Assembly: GCA_041481715.1 (NCBI GenBank)
Contig: JBGPCK010000002.1
Span: 6,615 to 70,614, forward strand
DNA: 64,000 bases
Direction: 5' to 3'
Origin: Thermoanaerobaculia bacterium
GTDB lineage: Bacteria; Acidobacteriota; Thermoanaerobaculia; UBA5066; Gp7-AA6
The position numbers and the translations under genes are program-made. Positions 49,916-60,788 of this stretch are shown piece by piece. Under the pieces are notes generated by a model, which was given only the letters and a program-made list of their open reading frames with translations, did not search any database and was not told where the DNA came from. How positions within the stretch are numbered: the stretch's first letter is position 1; each line of letters begins with the position of its first letter.

Positions 49916-49916
<1 letters not shown>
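49876..49916 (+). promoter_or_regulatory. Candidate aceB promoter with an overlapping perfect palindrome (operator candidate)
   Basis: TTGACG (49876..49881), a 17-nt spacer, then GATATT (49899..49904). The palindrome TGTGAAAG-N9-CTTTCACA (49892..49916) ends on the A of the aceB ATG. This is the only strongly AT-rich stretch in the window. Confidence 0.5.
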
Positions 49917-51580
<1,664 letters not shown>

Positions 51581-51600
51581 GAACGAGGGAGGAAAGCATC

Positions 51601-52872
51601 ATGCAGCCCAAGGACGCCCGCCTCATCCGCGAAGACTGGAAGGAGAACGCGCGCTGGGACGGGACCTGCCGTCCCTACTCGGCGGATGACGTCGTTCGGC
51701 TGCGCGGCTCGGTCGAGATCAAGCACACGCTGGCGGAGATGGGCGCCCACCGCCTCTGGTATCTCCTGCACACCGAGGAATACGTCGCCGCGCTCGGAGC
51801 CCTGACGGGCAATCAGGCGATGCAGCAGGTGAAGGCGGGGCTCAAGGCCATCTACCTCTCCGGCTGGCAGGTCGCGGCCGACGCGAACCTCTCCGGCCAC
51901 ATGTACCCGGATCAGAGCCTCTATCCGGCCAACAGCGTCCCCGAGGTCGTGAAGAAAATCAATCGCGCCCTTCAGCGCGCCGACCAGATCCACCATGCCG
52001 AAGGGAAGAACGGCATCTACTGGTTCGCGCCGATCGTGGCCGACGCCGAGGCTGGCTTCGGCGGGCCCCTGAATGCCTTCGAGCTGATGAAGGGAATGAT
52101 CGAGGCAGGCGCCGCGGCCGTCCACTTCGAAGACCAGCTCGCCTCGGAGAAGAAGTGCGGGCACATGGGAGGCAAGGTTCTCATCCCGACCTCCGCCTTC
52201 CTCCGCACCCTCGTGGCGGCGCGCCTCGCGGCGGACGTCTCCGGCGTGCCGACCCTCATCGTTGCGCGCACCGACGCGAACAGCGCCCAGTTGATCACGA
52301 GCGACATCGACGAGCGGGACCGTCCCTTCCTGAGCGGCGAAAGGACGGCCGAGGGCTTCTTCCGCATGCGGGGCGGTCTCGAGGCGGCCATCGCGCGCGC
52401 CATTTCCTACGCGCCGCATGCGGACCTGATCTGGTGCGAGACCTCGGAGCCGAATCTCGAGGAAGCCGGGCGGTTCGCGGCCGCGGTGCATGCGCGCTTC
52501 CCCGGCAAGCTCCTCGCCTACAACTGCTCGCCGTCCTTCAACTGGAAGAAGAAGCTCGACGCCGACACGATCCGCCGCTTCCAGGTCGAGCTTTCCAAGA
52601 TGGGCTACAAGTTCCAGTTCGTGACCCTCGCCGGCTTTCATGCGTTGAACCACGGCATGTTCGAGCTCGCCCGAGCCTATAAGGAGGAGGGCATGACGGC
52701 CTACTCGCGCCTTCAGGAGGCGGAGTTCGAGAGCGAGGCCCACGGCTACTCGGCCACGCGGCACCAGAGAGAAGTCGGGACCGGCTACTTCGACGACGTC
52801 GGGATGGTCGTCGGCGGCGGGCTCACCGCCACCTCGGCGCTGAAGGGCTCAACCGAGGAAGCTCAGTTCTGA
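51601..52872 (+). CDS. aceA: Isocitrate lyase
   Basis: The ATG at 51601 follows GGGAGG. The catalytic motif KKCGHMGGK is present, along with [19 protein letters not shown] and ARTDA. The upstream part of the track ORF overlaps aceB. Confidence 0.9.
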   Translation: MQPKDARLIREDWKENARWDGTCRPYSADDVVRLRGSVEIKHTLAEMGAHRLWYLLHTEEYVAALGALTGNQAMQQVKAGLKAIYLSGWQVAADANLSGHMYPDQSLYPANSVPEVVKKINRALQRADQIHHAEGKNGIYWFAPIVADAEAGFGGPLNAFELMKGMIEAGAAAVHFEDQLASEKKCGHMGGKVLIPTSAFLRTLVAARLAADVSGVPTLIVARTDANSAQLITSDIDERDRPFLSGERTAEGFFRMRGGLEAAIARAISYAPHADLIWCETSEPNLEEAGRFAAAVHARFPGKLLAYNCSPSFNWKKKLDADTIRRFQVELSKMGYKFQFVTLAGFHALNHGMFELARAYKEEGMTAYSRLQEAEFESEAHGYSATRHQREVGTGYFDDVGMVVGGGLTATSALKGSTEEAQF

Positions 52873-52962
52873 GGATTGCGGGGCGCTCGACGCGCCCGGA
52901 AGAGAGATCCCGGACATCGCTTTCGCTTCTCCGGAGGGGCCGAATAGGGCATAAGGGGCTCC

Positions 52963-55527
52963 GTGAGCGGCCTCGCGATCGTCTTGCGCGCCCTCGTCCT
53001 CGGGCCGGCGAAGCGGCATCCCCTGCGGGTGCTGCTGCCGGTCGTGGGAGTCGCGATCGGGGTCGCCGCGGTCGCGGCCATCCAGCGCGCCAACACCAGC
53101 GTCTCGGAATCTTTCCGCGACGCGGCCGCGTCGCTCTCGGGACGAAGCGATTTCGTCGTGACCGGGGTGAGCGGCGTTCCCGTCGAGGCGCTGTCCCGCC
53201 TGGCTTTCCTGTGGAGGAACGCGTCCTTCGCGCCGGCCGTGACCGGCTGGGCCGTGTTCGACGACGGCACGGGCGAGATCCTGGAGGTGCTGGGCGTCGA
53301 TGCCGCGGGGGACGCGACGGTACGCGATCTGGGCTTGGTCTCCGATTCCCGCGCCTCGAGGGCGCTCCTGCTTTCCGGCAACGCCGCCTTCTTGCCGGCG
53401 CCGTTGGCCGCCCGACACGGCGTCTCCGTCGGAGGTGAAGTCTCGATCGTAGTGGGCGGAACGCGGCACCGGCTCGTCGTCGCAGGTCTGCTCGCCCTTT
53501 CCGGCCTCGCGCGAGCCTCTGGCGGAGATCTCCTCGTCACGGATCTCTTCACCGCGCAGCGCCTCTTGGGCCGACAAGGTACGGTCGACCGCGTGGACAT
53601 CGTGCTCCACCCGGGCGTATCCCGCGAGGCGATCCAGCGGCAGATCCTCGCGCGCCTGCCGCCGGGCCTGTCGCTCGAGCCTCCGGGCCGCTCCGCCGCC
53701 ACCGCGGATCGCATGGTGCGCGCCTTCCGATTCAACCTGAATGCCCTGGGGTCGCTGACCCTGCTGGTCGGGATGTTTCTGATCGCCAATGCCGTCTCGA
53801 TCTCGGTCCTGCGGCGCCGGCCGGAAATCGCGACGCTGCGCTCGATCGGGACCTCGCGGACACTCGTCTTCGGCGTCTTCCTTCTGGAGGGCCTCGGCAT
53901 CGGAGCGGCCGGCACGGCTCTCGGAGAGCTCGGAGGAATCTTCTTGTCGAAGGGGGCCCTGCGGGCGGTGTCCGGGACCGTGACCGGCGTCTATCTGCCC
54001 ACGGCGAAGATAGCGGCTGCCGGCTTTGGAGGCGCCGCGGCCCTCGCGGCGGCGGCCGGAATGGTGGCCACGCTGGCGGCCACGGCGCTGCCCGCCGCGG
54101 AGGCCATGCGCGTGGAGCCCGCGCCCGCGATGCACCCCGGCTCGATCGAGGGCGTGCGCCGGCGGACGCTCGCCGGGCGGGGCTGGGCCGCCGCCACGCT
54201 CGCCGCCGCCGCCGCGGCAGCCTCCCTCGCGCCTCCCGTGGACGGCTTCCCCTTCTTCGGTTTTGCCGCCGTGGTGCTGGTCGTCGCCGCCCTCGCGCTG
54301 TTCTCTCCCCTGCTCATCCGTTGGGCGGAACGGATGGCCGCGGGCCCGATGGCCCGGCTCTTCGGCGCGCCGGGGCACCTCGCCAGCCGGTTCTTCGGCG
54401 GCTCCCTCGCGCGCAACGGCACTTGCGTCATGGCGCTCGCAATGGCCCTGGGCATGACGCTCGCTATGATCGTTACCGTCTCTTCCATCCGCGAGACGGT
54501 CCGGGTCTGGGTCGAGTCGACGCTGCGCTCCGACCTCTGGATCAAGTCGCCAGCGGGAAAAAGCTCCGGCATCATCGGCGATCTGCCGGAAGACATCGTG
54601 GACTTCTTGCGCGCGATCCCCGGCGTCGAAGCCGTGGACCCGTTTCGCGCGCGCGACCAGGTCGACTCCAAGGGCCGGCCCTATACGCTCGCCTCCGGGG
54701 ACTTCCGCGTGGTCGCCCGGATCGGCGGCCTGCCGCTCTTGGACGGCCTCGACCCCCGCGCCGCGGCCGAGAACGCGCGGCGGCGCGGTGAAGCGATGAT
54801 CTCGGAGCCATACGCGCGGCGATTCGGCGTCCAGCGTGGCGACGCGGTGTCGATCCCGACGCCGCAGGGAGCCCGGCGACTGCGCGTCGCCGGCGTCTAC
54901 CGCGACTACTCGAACGACCGGGGAACGATCGTTCTCGACCGGGAGCTCTATCTCTCGCTCTACGGGGATCGGCGGGTCACGAGCGTCGCCGTGCTCGCGG
55001 CGCCCGGGATCGACGCGCCGGACCTGCGCCGACGCGTGCTTTCCGCCGCCCGGGGCCGGTACGCCCTCTCGATCTCGACGAATCGCGAGCTGCGCCGGGA
55101 GGTCCTGCGCATCTTCGACCGGACCTTTGCCGTGACCAATGGCCTCGAGGTGATCGCCGTTGCGGTCGCCGTCCTCGGCATCGCCAACGCGCTCGTGGCT
55201 TCGGCCATCGAGCGGCGTCGCTCCTTCGGCCTGCTGCGGGCCGTCGGGGCCTCCTCCGCCCAGGTCCGGCGGGCCGTGCTCCTCGAAGCGGGGCTGACGG
55301 GACTCACGGGCTGCGCGGCGGCGCTGGCGGCCGGCGCGGCTTTCGCCTATCTGCTGCTCTCCGTCATCAACCCGCAGTCCTTCGGCTGGACAGTGGTGCC
55401 GCGCCTGCCCGCGGGGCGCCTCTGCCTGGCGGTCGGCCTGGTCCTCGGCGCTTCCATCCTGGCGGGCCTGTACCCCGGACGCCTGGCCGCCGGCGTCGAC
55501 CCGGCGGCGGCGCTGGCGGAGGAATGA
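52963..55527 (+). CDS. ABC transporter permease with two FtsX-like domains (MacB/AttFG type)
   Basis: The 854-aa ORF has a GTG start. It contains two copies of the 4-TM FtsX module, each preceded by a periplasmic domain (RRPEIATLRSIGTSR...; RRRSFGLLRAVGASS...). Confidence 0.8.
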   Translation: MSGLAIVLRALVLGPAKRHPLRVLLPVVGVAIGVAAVAAIQRANTSVSESFRDAAASLSGRSDFVVTGVSGVPVEALSRLAFLWRNASFAPAVTGWAVFDDGTGEILEVLGVDAAGDATVRDLGLVSDSRASRALLLSGNAAFLPAPLAARHGVSVGGEVSIVVGGTRHRLVVAGLLALSGLARASGGDLLVTDLFTAQRLLGRQGTVDRVDIVLHPGVSREAIQRQILARLPPGLSLEPPGRSAATADRMVRAFRFNLNALGSLTLLVGMFLIANAVSISVLRRRPEIATLRSIGTSRTLVFGVFLLEGLGIGAAGTALGELGGIFLSKGALRAVSGTVTGVYLPTAKIAAAGFGGAAALAAAAGMVATLAATALPAAEAMRVEPAPAMHPGSIEGVRRRTLAGRGWAAATLAAAAAAASLAPPVDGFPFFGFAAVVLVVAALALFSPLLIRWAERMAAGPMARLFGAPGHLASRFFGGSLARNGTCVMALAMALGMTLAMIVTVSSIRETVRVWVESTLRSDLWIKSPAGKSSGIIGDLPEDIVDFLRAIPGVEAVDPFRARDQVDSKGRPYTLASGDFRVVARIGGLPLLDGLDPRAAAENARRRGEAMISEPYARRFGVQRGDAVSIPTPQGARRLRVAGVYRDYSNDRGTIVLDRELYLSLYGDRRVTSVAVLAAPGIDAPDLRRRVLSAARGRYALSISTNRELRREVLRIFDRTFAVTNGLEVIAVAVAVLGIANALVASAIERRRSFGLLRAVGASSAQVRRAVLLEAGLTGLTGCAAALAAGAAFAYLLLSVINPQSFGWTVVPRLPAGRLCLAVGLVLGASILAGLYPGRLAAGVDPAAALAEE

Positions 55528-55554
55528 AAATGAAGCCGACGTTTCAATGAACCG

Positions 55555-56577
55555 ATGACCCGATTCTTCCTCGTCACAGCGCTGCTGCTGTCGGCCGCCT
55601 CGGCGGATCGAGGCACTCTCTCCTTCCCTCGCGACCACGGCTCCCATCCCGAGGCCGCCGTGGAATGGTGGTACTACACCGGGCACCTGACCGACGCGGA
55701 CGGACACGCATACGGCTTTCAGCTGACCTTCTTCCGCGTCCGCGATCTCCACCTCGCGCACTTCGCCTGGAGCGACGCCGGCGCCAAGATCTTCCGATAC
55801 GAGGAGAAGGCGCACCTGGGGCTCCCCGGGATCGCCTCCGCACAAGTCGGCCGGTTGAACGTGTCCAACGAAGACTGGTCCGCGCAGGAGTTGCAAGGCT
55901 TGCATCGGCTGCGTGCCGCCGGCCGCGACGGGGAGCTCGAGCTCATCCTGCGACCCACGAAGCCTCCGGTCGTGAACGGCCCGGGCGGCATCTCTCGCAA
56001 GGGCCCCGGCGAGAACGAGTACTCGCACTATGTCTCGATCACGCGGCTGACGGCCTCCGGGAGGCTGCGCCGGGCGGGCCGCCACCTCGCGCTTTCGGGC
56101 ACGGCCTGGTTCGACCACGAATGGGGGCCCGGGGCGCTGCCGGCGGGTGCCCAGGGTTGGGACTGGTTCGCCGTGCAGCTGACCGACGGCTCGGAGTTGA
56201 TGCTGTACCGGCTACGGGACGCCGACGGCCGTGCGACGCCCTTCTCTTCCGGCACCTTCGTCCCCGCCAAAGGCGATCCGGTCGCGGTGCGATGGGAAAA
56301 CGTGCGGCTCCAGGAAACGAAGAGTTGGACCTCGCCGCGCACGAAGGCGCGCTATCCAGCGGGTTGGAAGATCGCCGTCGGCCCCCTCCGGCTCGACCTC
56401 TCACTCGATCCGCTGCTGCCCGACCAGGAGCTGGTCACCGAAAAGTCGACCGGCGTGACCTATTGGGAGGGGGCCTGCCGGGTCTCGGGCTCGCGCGCAG
56501 GCCGCCCCGTCGAAGGGCGGGCCTACGCGGAGCTAACGGGCTATGCCGGGCGCGACGTGCCCGGCTTCGCGAACTGA
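55555..56577 (+). CDS. Lipocalin-like CrtC/AttH-family protein
   Basis: The product has a signal-like N-terminus followed by FPRDHGSHPEAAVEWWYYTGHL...GFQLTFFR and WFDHEWG motifs. Confidence 0.75.
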   Translation: MTRFFLVTALLLSAASADRGTLSFPRDHGSHPEAAVEWWYYTGHLTDADGHAYGFQLTFFRVRDLHLAHFAWSDAGAKIFRYEEKAHLGLPGIASAQVGRLNVSNEDWSAQELQGLHRLRAAGRDGELELILRPTKPPVVNGPGGISRKGPGENEYSHYVSITRLTASGRLRRAGRHLALSGTAWFDHEWGPGALPAGAQGWDWFAVQLTDGSELMLYRLRDADGRATPFSSGTFVPAKGDPVAVRWENVRLQETKSWTSPRTKARYPAGWKIAVGPLRLDLSLDPLLPDQELVTEKSTGVTYWEGACRVSGSRAGRPVEGRAYAELTGYAGRDVPGFAN

Positions 56578-56611
56578 CGGACCGCGACGCGGGTGTCGGG
56601 ACCGGAGTGGC

Positions 56612-57058
56612 CTAGGGCGCCGCCTTCGAGTTCTCGGCGAGCTCCATCGTCACCAGGAACGTCTTCGCCTTGTCCATGTTCCGGAACACGAACGGGAAGT
56701 TGACCGCGCTCGTGTCGCGCTCGCCCGAGCTCAGGTGCCCGACCCGGGTTCCACCGGAGCCGGCCGCGACGATGTTGCCGTCGCCGTCCATCACCACCAC
56801 GGCAATGCCGACGATCTGGTCGGCCGTACCGTTGTTGTCCACACGCACCTCGGCGCTGGCATCCGAGCGGCGTACGGGGCCGCCCATCGCCTTGCCGAGC
56901 TTGAACATGATCTGGTTCATGACAACCTTGTTGAGCTCGATCTTCAGGTCCTGGACGCCGTTGACCGGGGCATAGTCGAACTTCTTGGTGATCTGCTGCG
57001 CCGCGAGCGGCGACGCGACGTTGACCGCGAGCGCGAGAAGAAACATTCTTCGAATCAT
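56612..57058 (-). CDS. Exported hypothetical protein, paralog 1
   Basis: GGAGGAG lies upstream and the product has a signal peptide (MIRRMFLLALAVNVASPLAA). It shares QxTKKF.....V.G.QD, VRVDNNG, GIAVVV.D..GN.VA.GSGGT and FP.V.RN.D.AK.FL.T.E with 57257..57751. Confidence 0.6.
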   Translation of the reverse strand: MIRRMFLLALAVNVASPLAAQQITKKFDYAPVNGVQDLKIELNKVVMNQIMFKLGKAMGGPVRRSDASAEVRVDNNGTADQIVGIAVVVMDGDGNIVAAGSGGTRVGHLSSGERDTSAVNFPFVFRNMDKAKTFLVTMELAENSKAAP

Positions 57059-57199
57059 CGTCTCCTCCTTCTGCTTTTTTCGGGCGCGGACAATATCAGA
57101 GTGCTTTCGGCTGCGGCGGTCGTGGACGACCGGCAGCCGAGAGTTTCAAGACGAGAGCTCGGATCCGGGCCAGAAACTCTCTGCCGCCGTTCGCGTAGC

Positions 57200-57260
57200 G
57201 AACGCCTGCGGCCGAAAGCCAGCCACGACGCCCGCATCCATATCTTCAGCACCCTGCTAG
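57200..57260. repeat. R2 repeat, copy 2
   Basis: The sequence is gaacgcctgcggccgaaagccagccacgacgcccgcatccatatcttcagcaccctgctag. Its terminal ctag contains the TAG stop (57259..57257) of the adjacent minus-strand gene. Confidence 0.75.
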
Positions 57261-57751
57261 TGAGAGGGGGTCGGCGCCGGAGAGGCTCCGGCCTTGGGTT
57301 TGTCCTTGTCCCGACCCTTTTCCTTGGTCTCGAGCGTGATCAGGAAGCTCTTGGCTCTGTCGAAGTTGCGATAAACGTACGGGAACGTGACCTTGTAGTA
57401 GGCACGGTCTCCCTTGTTCAGAAACCCCCACTGAGTGCCGCCGGAGCCGGTGGCGACGACGTTGCCCTCCTCATCGAAGACGACGACGGCGATACCGACC
57501 TCCACGTCGAGAAACCCGTTGTTGTCCACCCGCAGCACCGCCTTGGCGCTCGACTTGCGCACCGGAGTCCCCGAGAGCGTGGAGCCCAGGTCGAAGCTGA
57601 CTTGGTTCACGACCACGCGCTGGACGTCCACCTGCACGTCCTGGGCTCCATGGACCGGGCCCCACTCGAACTTCTTCGTCACCTGGTCCGCCGCCATGGG
57701 CGCCGCGAGCGCCGCCGCGAGTAGAAAGAGAAACGCCTTTCGAACAACCAT
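57257..57751 (-). CDS. Exported hypothetical protein, paralog 2
   Basis: The ATG at 57751 follows GAGGAGG. The product has a signal peptide (MVVRKAFLFLLAAALAAPMAA), is a paralog of 56612..57058, and ends in a Lys/Pro-rich tail. The rest of the 423-aa track ORF is antisense to the APC permease. Confidence 0.6.
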   Translation of the reverse strand: MVVRKAFLFLLAAALAAPMAADQVTKKFEWGPVHGAQDVQVDVQRVVVNQVSFDLGSTLSGTPVRKSSAKAVLRVDNNGFLDVEVGIAVVVFDEEGNVVATGSGGTQWGFLNKGDRAYYKVTFPYVYRNFDRAKSFLITLETKEKGRDKDKPKAGASPAPTPSH

Positions 57752-57828
57752 GCGAAGCACCTCCTCGCCGCCGGGAACAAGGGGCTGGCCGCTTTCCTTC
57801 CCCCCCTTTTCGATTCTGCGAAGCCGCT

Positions 57829-59331
57829 TCAGACCCCCGGTGACGCGGCGGGACGTCCCGCGGGGGGACCCTGAGCGCCAAACCGGCTGTGCCGGTACCC
57901 GTAGAAGAAGTAGAGGACCAGACCGATCGCCAACCACACCCCGAACCGGATCCACGTGGCCAGCGGCAGCTCGCACATGAGATAGACGCAGACGACGATG
58001 CCCGCCAGCGGCACCCAGGGCACGAACGGTGTACGGAAGGGGCGCTTGCGGTCCGGGTCCTTGTAGCGAAGGATCATCACCCCGGCGCAGACGAGAACGA
58101 ACGCGAAGAGCGTTCCGATGTTGGTCAGCTCGACGAAGACGTCCAGATTCGCCACCGCCGCGAGGACCCCCACGACGACGCCCGTCCAGATCGTCGTGAT
58201 GTGGGGCGTGCGGTACTTGGGGTGGATCCGGGCAAACGAGGGGGGAAGCAGGCCGTCGCGCGCCATCGAAAAGAAGATCCGCGGCTGGCCGTACTGGAAG
58301 ACGAGGAGCACCGCCGTCGTCGCGATGACGGCGCCGAAGGCGACGACCCCGGCCGCCCAGTCCATCCCCAGCAGTGAAAACGCCTTGGCGAGCGGCTCGC
58401 TCGACCCCTGAATCTGCGACAGCGGCACGATCCCCGTAAGGACGAGCGAAGTCGCGATATAGAGCACCGAGCAGATGCCGAGCGATCCCAGCATTCCGAT
58501 CGGCATGTCCTTCTGCGGGTTGCGGCACTCTTCGGCCGCGGTCGAGACCGCGTCGAATCCGATGTAAGCGAAGAAGATCAGCGCCGCCCCCGAGCCGATG
58601 CCCGCCCAGCCGCTCGGCGCGAAGGGATGCCAGTTGGAAGGCTTGATATAGAAGGCGCCCACGACGATGAAGAAGAGCAGGATGCAGATCTTGACCGCGA
58701 CCATGATGTCGTTGAAGCGCGAGGATTCCTTGACGCCGATCACGAGGACCCAGGTGACCAACGCCACGATCAAGATCGCGGGCAGGTTGAAGACGATCGG
58801 GATCCCACCCACGTGCGGCGCGGCGTCCATGAAGCCCGGCGTCCGCAAGGCAGTCCGCAGGTCGGTCTGGAGCCAGAGCGGCACGTTGATCCCGAGCCCC
58901 TTCAACAGCTCACAGAAGTAGCCCGACCAGGAAACGGCGACCGCGACATTGCCCATCGCGTACTCGATGATGAGGTCCCAGCCGATGATCCAGGCCACGA
59001 GCTCCCCCAGCGTGGCCGCCGAGTACGTATAGGCGCTCCCGGAGATGGGCACCAGCGCCGCGAACTCCGCGTAACAGAGCGCGCAGAAGCCGCATCCGAT
59101 CGCCGTTATGAGGATCGAGATCACGAGCGCCGGCCCCGCCCCCGGGTGGTTCGCGCCCCCGGCCGCGGCCGTCCCGATCACCGCGAAGATCCCCGCGCCC
59201 ACGACCGCGCCGACGCCGAGCGAAATGAGCTGCCACGGCCCGAGCACCCGCTTCAACTGGTGCTCCTTCTTCTCGGCGTCGACCATGATCGCATCGAGCG
59301 ATTTGGTCCGGAAGAGCCGGCTGGTGCTCAA
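57829..59331 (-). CDS. APC-superfamily amino acid permease (cationic amino acid transporter-like)
   Basis: The 500-aa product has about 12-14 TM segments and an N-terminal LKRVLGPWQLISLGVGAVVGAGIF signature. Confidence 0.85.
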   Translation of the reverse strand: MSTSRLFRTKSLDAIMVDAEKKEHQLKRVLGPWQLISLGVGAVVGAGIFAVIGTAAAGGANHPGAGPALVISILITAIGCGFCALCYAEFAALVPISGSAYTYSAATLGELVAWIIGWDLIIEYAMGNVAVAVSWSGYFCELLKGLGINVPLWLQTDLRTALRTPGFMDAAPHVGGIPIVFNLPAILIVALVTWVLVIGVKESSRFNDIMVAVKICILLFFIVVGAFYIKPSNWHPFAPSGWAGIGSGAALIFFAYIGFDAVSTAAEECRNPQKDMPIGMLGSLGICSVLYIATSLVLTGIVPLSQIQGSSEPLAKAFSLLGMDWAAGVVAFGAVIATTAVLLVFQYGQPRIFFSMARDGLLPPSFARIHPKYRTPHITTIWTGVVVGVLAAVANLDVFVELTNIGTLFAFVLVCAGVMILRYKDPDRKRPFRTPFVPWVPLAGIVVCVYLMCELPLATWIRFGVWLAIGLVLYFFYGYRHSRFGAQGPPAGRPAASPGV

Positions 59332-59368
59332 ACGGGAGGCAGAATAGCAGAGTCCTCGAAAAAACCGG

Positions 59369-60055
59369 TCAAAGACCGAGCCGGCCGGGCACTTCCGTCA
59401 AGCTGCCGATCCGGTCCGCGAGCCCATCGTGCCGTCCCGCCCGGTCGAGCAGCAGGGCCTCGAGCCCCGCCCCGCGCGCCCCTTCGTAGTCCTCGCGAGG
59501 GGAATCGCCCACGTGGAGCGCCTCCGCCGGCAAGACATCCAGGCGGGCGCAGGCCCGTCGGAAAATTTCGGGATCGGGCTTGCCGGTCTTCTCGACGGCG
59601 GAGACCAGAACCGCGTCGAATCGCGGCGCGAGGTCGTGGGCGGACAGAAGCGCCGGGAGATGCGAGTCCCAGTTCGAAACGACGGCCAGCCGCAGTCCCG
59701 CCGCCGCGAGGCGGTCGAGGCTGGACTCGACGTCCGGGTAGATCGCCCACGAGGCCGGGTCGCGAAAGTGACTCGCAAGCCGCCCGAAAGCCTCCGCCGA
59801 AACGACGCCCCCGTCCAGAGACGCGCGCACGCGGTTCAGGAACCCGCGCCAGAACTGCGACTCTCCCTGCACGCCGCCGTACCGATCTCCTGCGGCGGTG
59901 GCGTGGACCTGTGCCCAGGCCTGCGAAAGCGCGCCGTCGAGATCGGCTTGTGAGAACCGCGCCCCATCCGCCGCGAGCTCCAGCGCGTAAACTTGCTCCA
60001 CCGGAGGGTCCGGGTGAAGCAGCGTCGCGCCGGCGTCGAAGAGAACCGCGCGGAT
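59369..60055 (-). CDS. HAD-superfamily hydrolase (start codon unresolved)
   Basis: Motif I is VLFDAGATLL, motif II is VVSNWD, and motifs III/IV are KTGKPDPEIF...HVGDSPREDYEGA. There is no ATG, GTG or TTG between the upstream stop at 60061 and motif I. The nearest in-frame candidates are an ATC at 60055 or a CTG further upstream inside the preceding gene. Confidence 0.6.
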   Translation of the reverse strand: MRAVLFDAGATLLHPDPPVEQVYALELAADGARFSQADLDGALSQAWAQVHATAAGDRYGGVQGESQFWRGFLNRVRASLDGGVVSAEAFGRLASHFRDPASWAIYPDVESSLDRLAAAGLRLAVVSNWDSHLPALLSAHDLAPRFDAVLVSAVEKTGKPDPEIFRRACARLDVLPAEALHVGDSPREDYEGARGAGLEALLLDRAGRHDGLADRIGSLTEVPGRLGL

Positions 60056-60060
60056 CGCGC

Positions 60061-60738
60061 CTAGGCTCGTCCGATCTCCCGCATCACGCCATCGAGCGCA
60101 CGGTTCAATGCGTCGAGACAGCGCTCCGCGGCCCGGAGGGCACGTTCCCGCTCCGACGGCGTCGCCGCGACGCGCCCCAGGGCCTGCCGCTCCACCTGCC
60201 GGTGCCACACGTCCGCCTGCTCGTGGACGGTGAAGAAACGGGTCGCCTCGGAGTCCCGAACGCCGTAGAAGGCCGCGAGCCCTTCGCGCTTCGTCTTGGC
60301 GATCTCCGGAATTTGCGACTCGTAGGCGTAGAGCGCCGCGAGCCCTTCGGCCACACAGCTCGAGCGCGTCGTGCGCAAGAATTCCTCGACCGCGGCTCCG
60401 ACTTCCGGCGTCCGGGGAGAGGCCGCGAGATCGGATTCGGCTGCGCCGAGCGACGCCGCGAACTTTCGCCAGAGAGCGGGATGATTGTCGCTGCCCCGCT
60501 CCTCCTCGATCAGATTCTCGAGCAACTCCTGCCGCAGCGCCGCGTCCTCGCACGCCGCATGGACTCCGGAGACGTAGCGCGGGAAGTTGGCCACCTGCGG
60601 ATAGTAGGAAATCGCGTATTCGCGCAAGTCGTCCCGGGTCAGCTTCCCTTCGTTCCAGAGCACGTAGAAGGGGTGCTTCAGAAGATGCTTTTCGGCCACC
60701 AGAGCGTCGAGTCTTGCCAGAAATTCTTCTCGGTCCAT
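60061..60738 (-). CDS. Haem-oxygenase-like fold protein (PqqC/TenA/CADD family)
   Basis: The 225-aa product carries HPFYVLWNEGKLTRDDLREYAISYYPQV, EEERGSDNHPALW and LYAYESQIPEI, which resemble PqqC/CADD-type di-iron/haem-oxygenase-like proteins. Confidence 0.65.
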   Translation of the reverse strand: MDREEFLARLDALVAEKHLLKHPFYVLWNEGKLTRDDLREYAISYYPQVANFPRYVSGVHAACEDAALRQELLENLIEEERGSDNHPALWRKFAASLGAAESDLAASPRTPEVGAAVEEFLRTTRSSCVAEGLAALYAYESQIPEIAKTKREGLAAFYGVRDSEATRFFTVHEQADVWHRQVERQALGRVAATPSERERALRAAERCLDALNRALDGVMREIGRA

Positions 60739-60788
60739 CTCGTCTCCTCAAAGGCGCGAGCCTCTATGGCGGCGCCGGCGTTGGGCGC

